NCBI GenBank assembly: GCA_040767195.1
Contig: JAXGPA010000006.1
Location: forward strand, 32,001 to 96,000
Length of the DNA: 64,000 nt
DNA from: Syntrophales bacterium
GTDB lineage: Bacteria > Desulfobacterota > Syntrophia > Syntrophales > UBA6807
Direction: 5' to 3'
Shown piece after piece: positions 9,957-19,541 of the stretch. The notes below the pieces were generated by a model. It was not told where the DNA came from, ran no database searches, and was given only the letters and a program-made list of their open reading frames with translations. The position numbers were made by a program, and so were the translations under genes. Each line of letters opens with the position of its first letter. Position 1 is the first letter of the stretch.

Positions 9957-12900
9957 TTTCACGGTTCGCCCTGTCTTCCCCTGCCGCGGGAAAGGTCACC
10001 CGGAAGGTCGTCCCCGCGTTCATGTCGCTTCTGACCTCGATCGTCCCGCCGTAATCCTTGACAATGCCGTAGCTGATGCTCATACCGAGCCCCGTCCCCT
10101 TGCCCACCTCCTTGGTGGTGAAGAAAGGCTCGAAAATCTTGTCCATGTTCTCCGGGGGGATGCCGATCCCCGTGTCCTCCACGGTGACGACCACGGACTC
10201 CCCCTCCAGACGGGACCGCAACGTTAGTATCTTTTTTTCGTCCCCCCTGTCAATCCCCGATTTCTTCTCGTCCATGGCATCCATGGCGTTCGTCACGAGG
10301 TTGATAAACACCTGCTCCAGCCGGTTGTGGTCCGCCAGGACGGGGGGAAGGTTTTCCTGGAGGTCGAAGCGGACCTCGATTTCATGGACCCGAAGCTGCT
10401 GGCCCAGGATCTTGAAGACGTCCATGATGGGACGGTTGATGTCGATCCGGTCCTTCGTCACCTCCGACTTGCGGGTGAAGTCCCGCATGTGCCTGATGGT
10501 ATTGGCGGCCCGCTGGACATTCCGGCCGATCTCCTCGGCCACCGTGTTGAGCTCCTCGCCGGTGATTTCCTGTCCCCCGGACAGCTTCTTCCGCATGAAA
10601 TCGGAGCACACCTGGATCACGTTGAGGGGCTGGTTGATCTCGTGGGCGATCCCCGAGGCCATGGTGCCCAGGGTGGCCATCTTTCCCGCCTGGATGAGCT
10701 GGGCTTCTTTTTTCACCGTTTCCGTGACGTCGGGCGTCGTGGCGATGAGGCAGTCCCGGCCCATGAAGTCGGCGGCCCGGATGTGGATGTTGACATAAAA
10801 GGGAATCCCTCCCTTCTTGCGGAAAAGCTTCTTCGAGAAGAAGACGGACTGGTTGGCCGCGATTTTCCGGAGTCCCTCCTCCAGTTCGGCATCCTTCTGG
10901 AATACCAGGTCGGGAAGGGACATCCCCAGGAATGCCTTCCGGGTGTAGCCGTAACAGTCCAGGGCCGTGGCGTTCACATCCAGGATGGCCTGGGATCCTC
11001 GGTCGGCGATGAGAATGGGATTGGGGTCGGCGTCGAACATGGTGCGGTATTTTTCTTCCGATTTCCGGATCTCACGGTAGGACTCCTCCAGTTCCGCCGT
11101 CTTTTCCCGGACCTTGACCTCCAGCCTCTGGCCGAACATTTTCGCTTCCTGGTGCAGCCGGGCGTTTTCCATGGCCAGGGCGATCCGGTTGCAGACGAGG
11201 GCCACGAGGTTTTTGTCCTCCTCGGAAAACCGCTTCATCTTGAGGCTGGAGACGCGCAGGACGCCGATGACGCCCTCCTTCGAGGCCAGGGGGAGATAGG
11301 CTGCCGACTTGAGGTGCTCCTGATCGACGAAGGCGTCGAAAGGCGCGCTTTCCTCATCCACGTTCTCAAAAAAAACGGCCTTGCCCCTCAGGGCGACTTT
11401 TTCGACCACGCTGTCATCGCCGACGCCGGCTCCCCGGGGGTAGAAGGTTTCCGCGACACCCCGGGAATAGGCCACCCGGAGCGGTCCCCCGGCCTCCCGG
11501 AGATAGATGACAACGCCGTCCACGTTCAGGTTCGCCAGGATTCCCTGGGCCCCGGCGACGAGACGCTCCTCCATGTCCAGGGACTCGCTCAGGGCGCTCG
11601 TGATCTCCCAGAGCGTGGAAATCTGGCGGAGATGCCTTTCCCTTTCCTCCTGGAGAAGCTTGGAGTCGGTAATGTCCCACAAGGTCTCGATGGCCCCGAC
11701 GATGGTCCCGTCAGGCCCCTCAAGGGGGGCGCCGGTGAAATAGAGCCACTTCCCGTTTTCGCCCATGTGGGGGAAAAAATCCTCCGCTTCGTAAGCCTTG
11801 TCGATGAGGATGGACTTTCGCCACCGCTCCCCGTAGAGTTTACCGATTTCCTCCTCCGACATGCGGTCCACGATGACATCGGCCATGATGGGTTTCCGGG
11901 TGGGGTAAAAGGCCTTCCAGTGATCCTTCGTTCCCACCGTTTCCCGGGCCGGCCGTCCCGTCAGGGTCTCGATGGCCCGGTTCCAGTGGGTCACCCGGTG
12001 ATCCCTGTCTATGACGAAGGTGGGAATGGTGCTTCCCTCGATGATCTGAAAAAGCGTGTACTCCCGCTGGCGGAGTTCCGCCTCCGCCTTCTTCCGTTCC
12101 GTGATGTCCTCGTACGTGGCGACGATGGCCTGTTCCTTCAGCCGCTCACCGATCCGGGAAGCCCGGACCATGCAGAGGATTTCCCGTCCGTCCTTGCGGA
12201 CACAGGGGTATTCACCGCTGAAGGTGCGCTGCTGCTCCAGGGCCTCGTAGAAGGCTTTTCCTACGCTCTGGTAGACGGCTTCACCGGGATAGAGGATTCG
12301 CGTGTTCTGCCCGATGAGGTCCCCCGCTTTCCAACCGAAGACGGACTCGGCCGCCTCGTTGGCGAAAAAGATGCGCCTTTCCCGCAGGACCAGGGCGGCG
12401 ACGTGAAGGGTATCCAGGATGGAAGCCTCTATCGCTTCGATTTCCTTCAGTTTTTCCCTTGCCTCCCGCTGGGCCGTCACGTCCCAGAGCGTCTCGATGG
12501 CCCCGAGCGTCTCCCCGACCGGTCCCCGGAGGGGGGCGGCGGTGAAATAGAGCCACTTTCCCTTTTCCCCCATGTGGGGATAAAAGTTTTCCGCCTCGTA
12601 GGAGCCTTTCAGGTAGGCTGACGGCCGGGCCCTCTTCCCCAGGTGCTTCCTGATTTCCCGCTCGCTTTTTCCGTCCACGACGAGGTCGGCGAGGCAGGGT
12701 TTTTTCTCCTCGTAGAAGGCCGTCCAGTGGTTCTTCGTCCCCACCATCTCTTCCGCCCGGCGCCCCGTGACCTGCTCCAGGGCCTGGTTCCAGTGGGTCA
12801 CCACGTGGTTCTCGTTGATGACGAACGTGGGGATCGTGCTGCCATGGATGATCTGGGAAACCATCCGGTCATGACGGAGCCGCCTCTTTTCCACGGCCTG

Positions 12901-13398
12901 GAGAAGGCGGTTTTTCCCCTCGATCATGGAAAGGGCTTCCGCGGTGAACCGTTCCAGGGCCGGGAGGACCTCCGACAGGACCGCTTCAGGGGCCGGCCGG
13001 CCCGTCCCGGCCACCGCCTTCAACCCGTCGACAAGCTTCTTCTTTTCCCCCAGGACCCGAAGGCGGTCCGCCAGGGCTCGGGCCTGGTGAGAATCGAGGA
13101 CCTTTACGGAAGACGGGCGGTTCCGGCGGACTTTTTTGAGGAAAACCTGGTCGTCCTCCGTTACGGCGAGGGCCTGCAGCCCGGGAAGATCAAAAAAACG
13201 CCTGTAATCCCCCGTTACGGGCACGCCCCTGGACCGGGCGTATCGGAGCGCCGGGGCGCGGGGGTCGGCGTCGCTCACCCCGAGAACGCGGACAAGGCCG
13301 TCACCATTCCCGCCGGAAAGGGCAAGGCGGAGCAATTCGAGGGCCAGGGGTCCGCCGCCGATGACGGCGATTGTTATGGGAAGTGAGATTTCCTTCAT
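9949..13398 (-). CDS. Cytoplasmic multi-sensor histidine kinase (Rossmann-like-PAS-PAS-PAS-GAF-PAS-HisKA-HATPase)
   Basis: IAHEINQPL H-box, NLVTNAMDA, DTGIG, GTGLGMS; multiple PAS and one GAF; no TM segment evident. Confidence 0.87.
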   Translation of the reverse strand: MKEISLPITIAVIGGGPLALELLRLALSGGNGDGLVRVLGVSDADPRAPALRYARSRGVPVTGDYRRFFDLPGLQALAVTEDDQVFLKKVRRNRPSSVKVLDSHQARALADRLRVLGEKKKLVDGLKAVAGTGRPAPEAVLSEVLPALERFTAEALSMIEGKNRLLQAVEKRRLRHDRMVSQIIHGSTIPTFVINENHVVTHWNQALEQVTGRRAEEMVGTKNHWTAFYEEKKPCLADLVVDGKSEREIRKHLGKRARPSAYLKGSYEAENFYPHMGEKGKWLYFTAAPLRGPVGETLGAIETLWDVTAQREAREKLKEIEAIEASILDTLHVAALVLRERRIFFANEAAESVFGWKAGDLIGQNTRILYPGEAVYQSVGKAFYEALEQQRTFSGEYPCVRKDGREILCMVRASRIGERLKEQAIVATYEDITERKKAEAELRQREYTLFQIIEGSTIPTFVIDRDHRVTHWNRAIETLTGRPARETVGTKDHWKAFYPTRKPIMADVIVDRMSEEEIGKLYGERWRKSILIDKAYEAEDFFPHMGENGKWLYFTGAPLEGPDGTIVGAIETLWDITDSKLLQEERERHLRQISTLWEITSALSESLDMEERLVAGAQGILANLNVDGVVIYLREAGGPLRVAYSRGVAETFYPRGAGVGDDSVVEKVALRGKAVFFENVDEESAPFDAFVDQEHLKSAAYLPLASKEGVIGVLRVSSLKMKRFSEEDKNLVALVCNRIALAMENARLHQEAKMFGQRLEVKVREKTAELEESYREIRKSEEKYRTMFDADPNPILIADRGSQAILDVNATALDCYGYTRKAFLGMSLPDLVFQKDAELEEGLRKIAANQSVFFSKKLFRKKGGIPFYVNIHIRAADFMGRDCLIATTPDVTETVKKEAQLIQAGKMATLGTMASGIAHEINQPLNVIQVCSDFMRKKLSGGQEITGEELNTVAEEIGRNVQRAANTIRHMRDFTRKSEVTKDRIDINRPIMDVFKILGQQLRVHEIEVRFDLQENLPPVLADHNRLEQVFINLVTNAMDAMDEKKSGIDRGDEKKILTLRSRLEGESVVVTVEDTGIGIPPENMDKIFEPFFTTKEVGKGTGLGMSISYGIVKDYGGTIEVRSDMNAGTTFRVTFPAAGEDRANRENE
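11674..12856 (-). repeat. Internal duplication of a PAS domain (about 11674-12048 and 12481-12856)
   Basis: QII.GSTIPTFVI...H.VTHWN...VGTK.HW.AFY...PHMGE.GKWLYFT.APL.GP...GAIETLWD occurs twice. Confidence 0.8.
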
Positions 13399-13457
13399 GG
13401 GAGGCGCTCCTGAAGGGTGTCACGGCGCTTTCGGGAATCTCTGCCCCGGGAAGCCCG

Positions 13458-14942
13458 TCATGGATGACCGAGGGACCCCTTGGCGGCCATCCGAGCCAGT
13501 TCGAGAAACACCGAGGGATAGACGAAGAGGACGAACGAGACCGCGGCGGTGAAGACAGGCGGGATGACGGCGAAAATCGGGGCCTCCTTGACGGGCGTTT
13601 TTTCGTTGAAGCGATTCCCCGTGGCGAAAAAGGCATTGTAGGCGATGGGGAGAAAGTAGGCGGCATTGAGCAGGGAACTGGTCAGCAGGACCACCAGTAT
13701 GGGAAGCTGGTGGGACTCGATGGTTCCCAGGGCCAGGTACCACTTGCTGATGAACCCGCCGAAGGGGGGCACGCCGATGACGCTGAGGGACCCGAGGAAA
13801 AAAGCGGCCATGGTGACGGGCATCATTTTGCCGATCCCTTTCATCTCGCTTATCTTCTTGATCCCCGTGTTCACCAGGATGGCCCCGGCACAGAAAAAGA
13901 GGGTGATCTTGCCGAAAGCGTGCATGACGATGTGAACGATGCCGCCGGTCATTCCCATGATGCTGAGAAGGCCGCCGCCCATGACGATGTAGGAGAGCTG
14001 GCTCACCGTGGAGTAGGCCAGGCGGGCCTTGAGGTCGTCCTGCCGAAGGGCGAAAAGGGAACCCACGAGGATCGTCACGGAAATGAAATAGATGAGGAAC
14101 ACGTCCAGCGACAGGGCGTGCATGAGATCGATGCCGAAGACGTGAAAGCACACCCGGAGAACGGAAAAGACACCCACCTTGACGACCGCCACGGCATGGA
14201 GGAGAGCGCTCACCGGCGTGGGGGCCACCATGGCCGAGGGAAGCCAGGAGTGTATGGGCATGATGGCCGCTTTTCCGATCCCGGCGATGAACAGGGCGAA
14301 AAGAATCGTGAGCGCCGCCGGGGAGGCCTTGCCGGCCAGGATCCCCTGGTCGGCGAAGTCGAGGGTCCCCGCGTACAGGTAGGTCAGGATGACCGCCGGC
14401 AGGAAAAAAGCGATGGAGGTCCCCATGAGATACGTCAGGTATTTTCGTCCCGCCGAGCGGGCGTCCATGTCCTGGTGGTGGGTCACCAGGGAATAGGTTG
14501 AAAGGGAAAGCATCTCGTAGAAGAGATAGAGGGTCACGAGATTCCCGGCGAAGGCGACGCCGACGGCGGAGGAAAGGGCCAGGGCGAAAAAGGCGAAAAA
14601 CCGGGTCTGGGAGTGCTCCTGGAGGGGGCGCATGTACCCGATGGAATAAAAGGTCGTGACGATCCACAGGGAGGAAGCCACCAGGGCGAAGAGGAGACCG
14701 AGGGGATCCACCCGGAAGGAGATTCCCACGCCGGGGAGGATCTCCACAAGGCTCCAGACGATCGTTTTTCCCTGGAGGACCAGGGGGACCATGGAGGTGA
14801 CGATGTAGAGCTTCACCAGGGCGATGGCGAAGGTGAAGAACTCCCTCACGTTGGGATTCTCCCTGAAAAGAACGATGAGAAGGGATCCGAAAAGAGAAAC
14901 GGAAACGGCGAGCAGCGGCTTGACCGAAACAATCGTCTCCAT
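13458..14942 (-). CDS. Mrp/NuoL-type proton-conducting subunit (MrpA N-terminal part / D-family)
   Basis: FYEMLS, GKAAIMPIHSWLPSAMVAPTPVSALLH, LAYSTVSQL, HAFGK, FISKWYL. Confidence 0.85.
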   Translation of the reverse strand: METIVSVKPLLAVSVSLFGSLLIVLFRENPNVREFFTFAIALVKLYIVTSMVPLVLQGKTIVWSLVEILPGVGISFRVDPLGLLFALVASSLWIVTTFYSIGYMRPLQEHSQTRFFAFFALALSSAVGVAFAGNLVTLYLFYEMLSLSTYSLVTHHQDMDARSAGRKYLTYLMGTSIAFFLPAVILTYLYAGTLDFADQGILAGKASPAALTILFALFIAGIGKAAIMPIHSWLPSAMVAPTPVSALLHAVAVVKVGVFSVLRVCFHVFGIDLMHALSLDVFLIYFISVTILVGSLFALRQDDLKARLAYSTVSQLSYIVMGGGLLSIMGMTGGIVHIVMHAFGKITLFFCAGAILVNTGIKKISEMKGIGKMMPVTMAAFFLGSLSVIGVPPFGGFISKWYLALGTIESHQLPILVVLLTSSLLNAAYFLPIAYNAFFATGNRFNEKTPVKEAPIFAVIPPVFTAAVSFVLFVYPSVFLELARMAAKGSLGHP

Positions 14943-15124
14943 AAAAAGATGTCCTCTCCTTTTTTTACGTAACGGAACGGGAAAAAAACCAGGACCCCTG
15001 AAAGGCGTTCCCTTTCCCGTGAAAAGCCCCCCGCGGCTTGAATGAACACCCCGCCCCCGTCCCGGAAAACCCCTTCACGCCACGCCCGGATGACGAGGCA
15101 GCCGGGACAGGGCAACGGTCATTT

Positions 15125-15153
15125 CCTATATAAATTATGAAATCATATGTCAA
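15125..15153 (-). promoter_or_regulatory. Putative sigma-70 promoter of the mrp/signalling cluster, with a palindrome in the spacer
   Basis: TTGACA-17 bp-TATAGG; spacer contains TATGA-tt-TCATA. Confidence 0.55.
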
Positions 15154-15213
15154 ACGAAATCATCGGTGAACCTCGGCTGGCGGGAAAACGGCCCTCCCGC
15201 CGGGCGGGGTCTC

Positions 15214-15981
15214 TCAGCCCTCCTGCTTCTTCGCTTTTTCATAGATGTCCATGAAAGGCCTGACGAGGTCGATGGGAATGGGGAAGAGGGTCGTCGAGTT
15301 GTTCTCCGAAGCCACCGAAACCAGGGTCTGAAGATAGCGGAGCTGAAGGGCGATGGGCTGCTCGGCGATAACCTTTCCCGCCTCCGCCAGCTTCTGGGCC
15401 GCCTGGAATTCGCCCTCGGCGTTGATGACCTTCGCCCGTCGATCCCGTTCCGCCTCGGCCTGCCTGGCCATGGCCCGCTGCATTTCCTGGGGGAGGTCGA
15501 TGTGCTTCACTTCCACCGTGGATACCTTGATGCCCCAGGGGTCGGTGCTCCGGTCGAGGATTTCCTGGATATGGGTGTTGATCTTGTCCCTTTCCGCCAG
15601 AAGCTCGTCCAGCTCCACCTGGCCGCAGACGCTCCTGAGGGTGGTCTGGGCCAGCTGGGACGTGGCATAGAGAAAGTTTTCCACCTCGATGACCGCGTCA
15701 TTGGCGTTCATGACCCTGAAGTAGATGACGGCGTTCACCTTGACGGAGACGTTGTCCCGGGTGATGACGTCCTGGGGAGGGACGTCCATGGTGATGATCC
15801 GCAGGTCCACCTTCGTCATGCGGTCGATGACGGGGATCAGGATGATCAGTCCCGGCCCCTTCACGTCGATGACCCGCCCGAGACGGAAAATGACGCCCCT
15901 CTCGTACTCGTTCAGGATCCGTATGGCGGCGGCCAGAAACATGATGACCAGGATGACGACGGACAGTATGGTGTACATCAT
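15214..15981 (-). CDS. Slipin / SPFH (band 7, stomatin-like) protein
   Basis: [48 protein letters not shown]. Confidence 0.92.
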   Translation of the reverse strand: MMYTILSVVILVIMFLAAAIRILNEYERGVIFRLGRVIDVKGPGLIILIPVIDRMTKVDLRIITMDVPPQDVITRDNVSVKVNAVIYFRVMNANDAVIEVENFLYATSQLAQTTLRSVCGQVELDELLAERDKINTHIQEILDRSTDPWGIKVSTVEVKHIDLPQEMQRAMARQAEAERDRRAKVINAEGEFQAAQKLAEAGKVIAEQPIALQLRYLQTLVSVASENNSTTLFPIPIDLVRPFMDIYEKAKKQEG

Positions 15982-17303
15982 TTCGTTTCCTCCTTCGTTT
16001 TTGTCGTCTTCTCCACTTCAAGGACGAGTCCCCGCATTCCTGTCACGAGGACGGCCTCTCCTTCCTCGACGGGTTCCCGGCTCACGGCGTTCCAGAATTC
16101 CCCCCGAACGAACACCCTTCCCTCCTCATGGATGTCCGTCACGGCCTTCCCCTCTTCCCCGACCATGCCCTCTCCCCCGGTCCGCGGTTTTCGCATCTGG
16201 GCCTTCACCGCCAGGCTGACCACGGCGACGAAAAAGACGGAGGCGATGATCACCGTGGGAATGAGGACCTGGAAGGACACCCGGAGGGCGGGAATGGGGG
16301 ATTCGAAAAGGAAAAGGGAGCCCAGGGCCAGCGAGAGGATCCCCGCCACTGTCAGCAGGCCGTGGCTCACGATCTTGATCTCGGCGATGAAAAGGATGAC
16401 CCCGAAGAGGATGAGGAGGACGCCGGCGAAATTCACGGGCAGGGTCTGGAGGGCGAAAAAGGCGAGGATCAGGGAGATGGCGCCGACAACCCCGGGGAGA
16501 ACGGCCCCGGGATTGGAAAATTCGAAATAGAGGCCGGCCAGGCCGATCATGAGGAGAAGATAGGCGATGTTGGGGTCGCTGAGAGCCATGAGGACCTTCT
16601 CCCGGAAACCCATGGTGATTTCACGAAGCTCGGCGCCGTCGGTCTTCAGGGTAATCCTTCCCGACGGAAGAGGGACATCCCGGCCCTCGGCCTTCCGGAG
16701 GAGGTCCCGGACATCGGAAGCCACGTAGTCGATGACGCCTAGCTTCAGCGCTTCCTCCGCCGTGATGGATTCGCTTTCCCTGACGGCTTTTTCAACCCAC
16801 TCGAGATTTCGGCCCCGCTCTTCGGCAATGCTTTTCACATAGGCCACGGCGTCGTTTTCCACCTTCTTGGACATGGTTTCGTCCATTTTTCCCGACCCGA
16901 TAGCTACGGGATGGGCCGCCCCGATGTTCGTTCCCGGCGCCATGGCCGCCACGTGGGCGGCGATGGTGATCATGACGCCCGCCGAGGCCGCCCGGGCCCC
17001 CGCGGGATAAACATAGACGAAAACGGGAAGCGGGGCGTTGAGGATGTCCTTGACGATGTCCCGCATGGCCAGGTCGAGACCTCCCGGCGTGTCGAGGAGA
17101 ATGATGATCCCCGACGCGCCGTCCTCCAGGGCTTCGTTGAGGGCCCGGCTGAAAAACTTGTACACCGCCGGCGTGATGGGGGCGTTCACGGTCAGAACGT
17201 GGTAGACGGGGGCCTCCCCGCCGGGCGGCGCCGCCGACCCGGGCGGAAGAAGAAGGCCCAGGCCGATGAGGGTCAGGCAGAAGATCCATCCTGTCTTTTT
17301 CAT
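15978..17303 (-). CDS. nfeD: NfeD long form (membrane-bound serine protease)
   Basis: [22 protein letters not shown]-terminal OB fold (GEFWNA); paired with slipin. Confidence 0.9.
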   Translation of the reverse strand: MKKTGWIFCLTLIGLGLLLPPGSAAPPGGEAPVYHVLTVNAPITPAVYKFFSRALNEALEDGASGIIILLDTPGGLDLAMRDIVKDILNAPLPVFVYVYPAGARAASAGVMITIAAHVAAMAPGTNIGAAHPVAIGSGKMDETMSKKVENDAVAYVKSIAEERGRNLEWVEKAVRESESITAEEALKLGVIDYVASDVRDLLRKAEGRDVPLPSGRITLKTDGAELREITMGFREKVLMALSDPNIAYLLLMIGLAGLYFEFSNPGAVLPGVVGAISLILAFFALQTLPVNFAGVLLILFGVILFIAEIKIVSHGLLTVAGILSLALGSLFLFESPIPALRVSFQVLIPTVIIASVFFVAVVSLAVKAQMRKPRTGGEGMVGEEGKAVTDIHEEGRVFVRGEFWNAVSREPVEEGEAVLVTGMRGLVLEVEKTTKTKEETK

Positions 17304-18058
17304 GTCGCTCTTCCTTTGTCAGGGACATCGCCCGCCGCGGCCGGCGGGACCTCGTCCCGGCCTTCGGCAAGCCGTTTCATGATCGCCTGGACATCTTCCC
17401 AGACCTGTTTCTTGGAGCCGGGGTTCCTGAGGAGATAGGCGGGATGAAACGTCGGCATGAGCGGAATGCCCTCGTAAGCGTGAAACCGTCCTCTCAGCCG
17501 GGAGATGGGGTCGGACACCTTGAGCAGCGTCTGGGCGGAAAAGGTCCCCAGGGCGCAGATGACCCGGGGCCGGATCGCCTGGAGCTGCTTCACCAGGAAC
17601 GGTTCGCACACCCGGATCTCTTCGGGCCGCGGATTCCGGTTCCCCGGGGGTCGGCACTTGAGAATGTTACAGATGTAAACGTCCTCTCGGGACAGGCCCA
17701 TGGCTTCGATGATCCGGGTCAGGAGCTGTCCCGCCCGCCCGACGAAGGGACGGCCCTGGCGGTCCTCGTCCTCTCCAGGGGCCTCGCCGACGAACACGAG
17801 TTCCGCCTTTTCATCCCCCTCCCCGAACACGAGGTTTCTCCGCCGGTCCGCGAGTTCGCACCGCCGGCAGTCCCCCAGTTCCTCCCGAACCCCGGCGAGG
17901 GTCAGGGACGGTCCCGCCGCGGCTGTCGCCAACGGTTCCTCCCGTCCTCCCCCTCCGCGGGTGAAAACGGTCAGTCTTCTCGACTCTTCCTTGCCGGCAA
18001 GGAGGTGACTTTTCAGGTCTTTCAGGATTCCCGCCAGGATCTCCCGTTCCGGTTCCAC
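17300..18058 (-). CDS. Uracil-DNA glycosylase family 4 (Fe-S)
   Basis: CRRC, GEAPG, KCRPPGNRNP, HPAY. Confidence 0.9.
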   Translation of the reverse strand: MEPEREILAGILKDLKSHLLAGKEESRRLTVFTRGGGGREEPLATAAAGPSLTLAGVREELGDCRRCELADRRRNLVFGEGDEKAELVFVGEAPGEDEDRQGRPFVGRAGQLLTRIIEAMGLSREDVYICNILKCRPPGNRNPRPEEIRVCEPFLVKQLQAIRPRVICALGTFSAQTLLKVSDPISRLRGRFHAYEGIPLMPTFHPAYLLRNPGSKKQVWEDVQAIMKRLAEGRDEVPPAAAGDVPDKGRAT

Positions 18059-18074
18059 GGCCCAACCCCCTTCC

Positions 18075-19280
18075 TCAATGCCCTTCTTTCCGGCGGGCGA
18101 TTTCCTTCACCCGGTCGAGGATGCGGTGGGCCACCTCGAGCTTGTCCATGAGGGGAAGCTCTTCCGTCCCCCCTTCCCCGTCGATGATCTTGACGATGTT
18201 CGTGTCGTACTGGAAGCCCGATCCCGGGCGGCCGAGGTCATTGGCCACGATGAGATCCATGTTTTTCGCCGCCAGCTTTTTCCGCGCGTTCTCCACGAGA
18301 TCCTCCGTCTCCATGGCGAACCCGACGAGTACCCGGTTCCCCTTCTTCAGCCCCACCTCGGCGATGATGTCAGGGTTCCTTTCCAGGTCAATGACAAGTC
18401 CGTCAGCGCTTTTCTTGATTTTCGAGGCCGATTTCCTGGCAGGCCGGTAATCGGCCACCGCCGCCGCCTTGATGACGACGGTGGACTTTTCCAGGTTTTC
18501 CAGGACGCGGTCCCGCATTTCCGAAGCGCTCGACACGGCCACAACCCGGACGCCTCGAGGCGGTAAGAGGGCCGTCGGACCGGTGATGAGGACGACCTCC
18601 GCGCCCCGTCGTTTCGCGGCCAGGGCGAGGGCGTATCCCATTTTCCCGGAAGAGTAATTGGTGATGTACCGGACCGGGTCCAGGGGTTCACGGGTCGGTC
18701 CCGCCGTGATCAGGATGCGCTCTCCCTCGAGATTCTTTTCCGTCAGGAGGGATTCGATCTCGTCGGCGATCTCCGAAGGATCGGGAAGCCGGCCCGCCCC
18801 CTCGGTCCCGCAGGCCAGTTCGCCCTCGCCGGGAACCATGAAGCGGCAGCCCGCCTTTTTCAGACGTTCCACGTTTTCCTGGAAAATGACATTCCGGTAC
18901 ATGTTCGTGTTCATGGACGGGCATAAAAGGACGGGTTTCACCGAGGCCATGACGGTTGTGGAGAGGAGGTCGTCGGCGATGCCCGAGGCCATTTTTCCGA
19001 TGATGTTGGCCGTCGCCGGGGCGACGACCAGGACATCCGCCTCGTCAACGAGCGAGATGTGGCCGATCTGCCAGTCCCCGGTAAGCGAAAAGGTGTCCGT
19101 ATAGACGGGGTTACCCGACAGGGTCTGGAGTGTGAGCGGCGTTATGAACCGGACGGCGTTCTCCGTCATGATGACCTTGACTGTCGCCCCCCGCCGCACC
19201 AGCTCACGGGTCAGTTCCGCCGCCTTGTAGGCGGCGATGCCCCCTGTTATTCCAAGAAGAATCTTCTTATTCCCAAGCAT
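18075..19280 (-). CDS. coaBC: Phosphopantothenoylcysteine decarboxylase/ligase
   Basis: GITGGIAAYK, APATAN, ACGTEGAGRL, DPVRYITNYSSGKMG, GFAME; start trimmed to MLGNKK. Confidence 0.95.
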   Translation of the reverse strand: MLGNKKILLGITGGIAAYKAAELTRELVRRGATVKVIMTENAVRFITPLTLQTLSGNPVYTDTFSLTGDWQIGHISLVDEADVLVVAPATANIIGKMASGIADDLLSTTVMASVKPVLLCPSMNTNMYRNVIFQENVERLKKAGCRFMVPGEGELACGTEGAGRLPDPSEIADEIESLLTEKNLEGERILITAGPTREPLDPVRYITNYSSGKMGYALALAAKRRGAEVVLITGPTALLPPRGVRVVAVSSASEMRDRVLENLEKSTVVIKAAAVADYRPARKSASKIKKSADGLVIDLERNPDIIAEVGLKKGNRVLVGFAMETEDLVENARKKLAAKNMDLIVANDLGRPGSGFQYDTNIVKIIDGEGGTEELPLMDKLEVAHRILDRVKEIARRKEGH

Positions 19281-19541
19281 GTCCGCCCCCAGGGAACAGG
19301 GCCTCCTTTCCCGCACCGGGCCATGGAGGCGCGCAGTCATTGATATATGGCGCTTTCTTTTCTATAACAGGTCTCCCCATCCAGGTCAACGATCTGCCCG
19401 CGGGGGAAATTTTTCTTCCGGGCCCCTGTCGGCATCTTCTCCCGTACCGTCCCCCCCACCCGGGATCGGGCGGCCGGCCTTCCGGTTCTCACGAACAGGC
19501 CCGTCTTGAAAAAAAACCGCCTTCGGGTTATAGGGGGCCCT

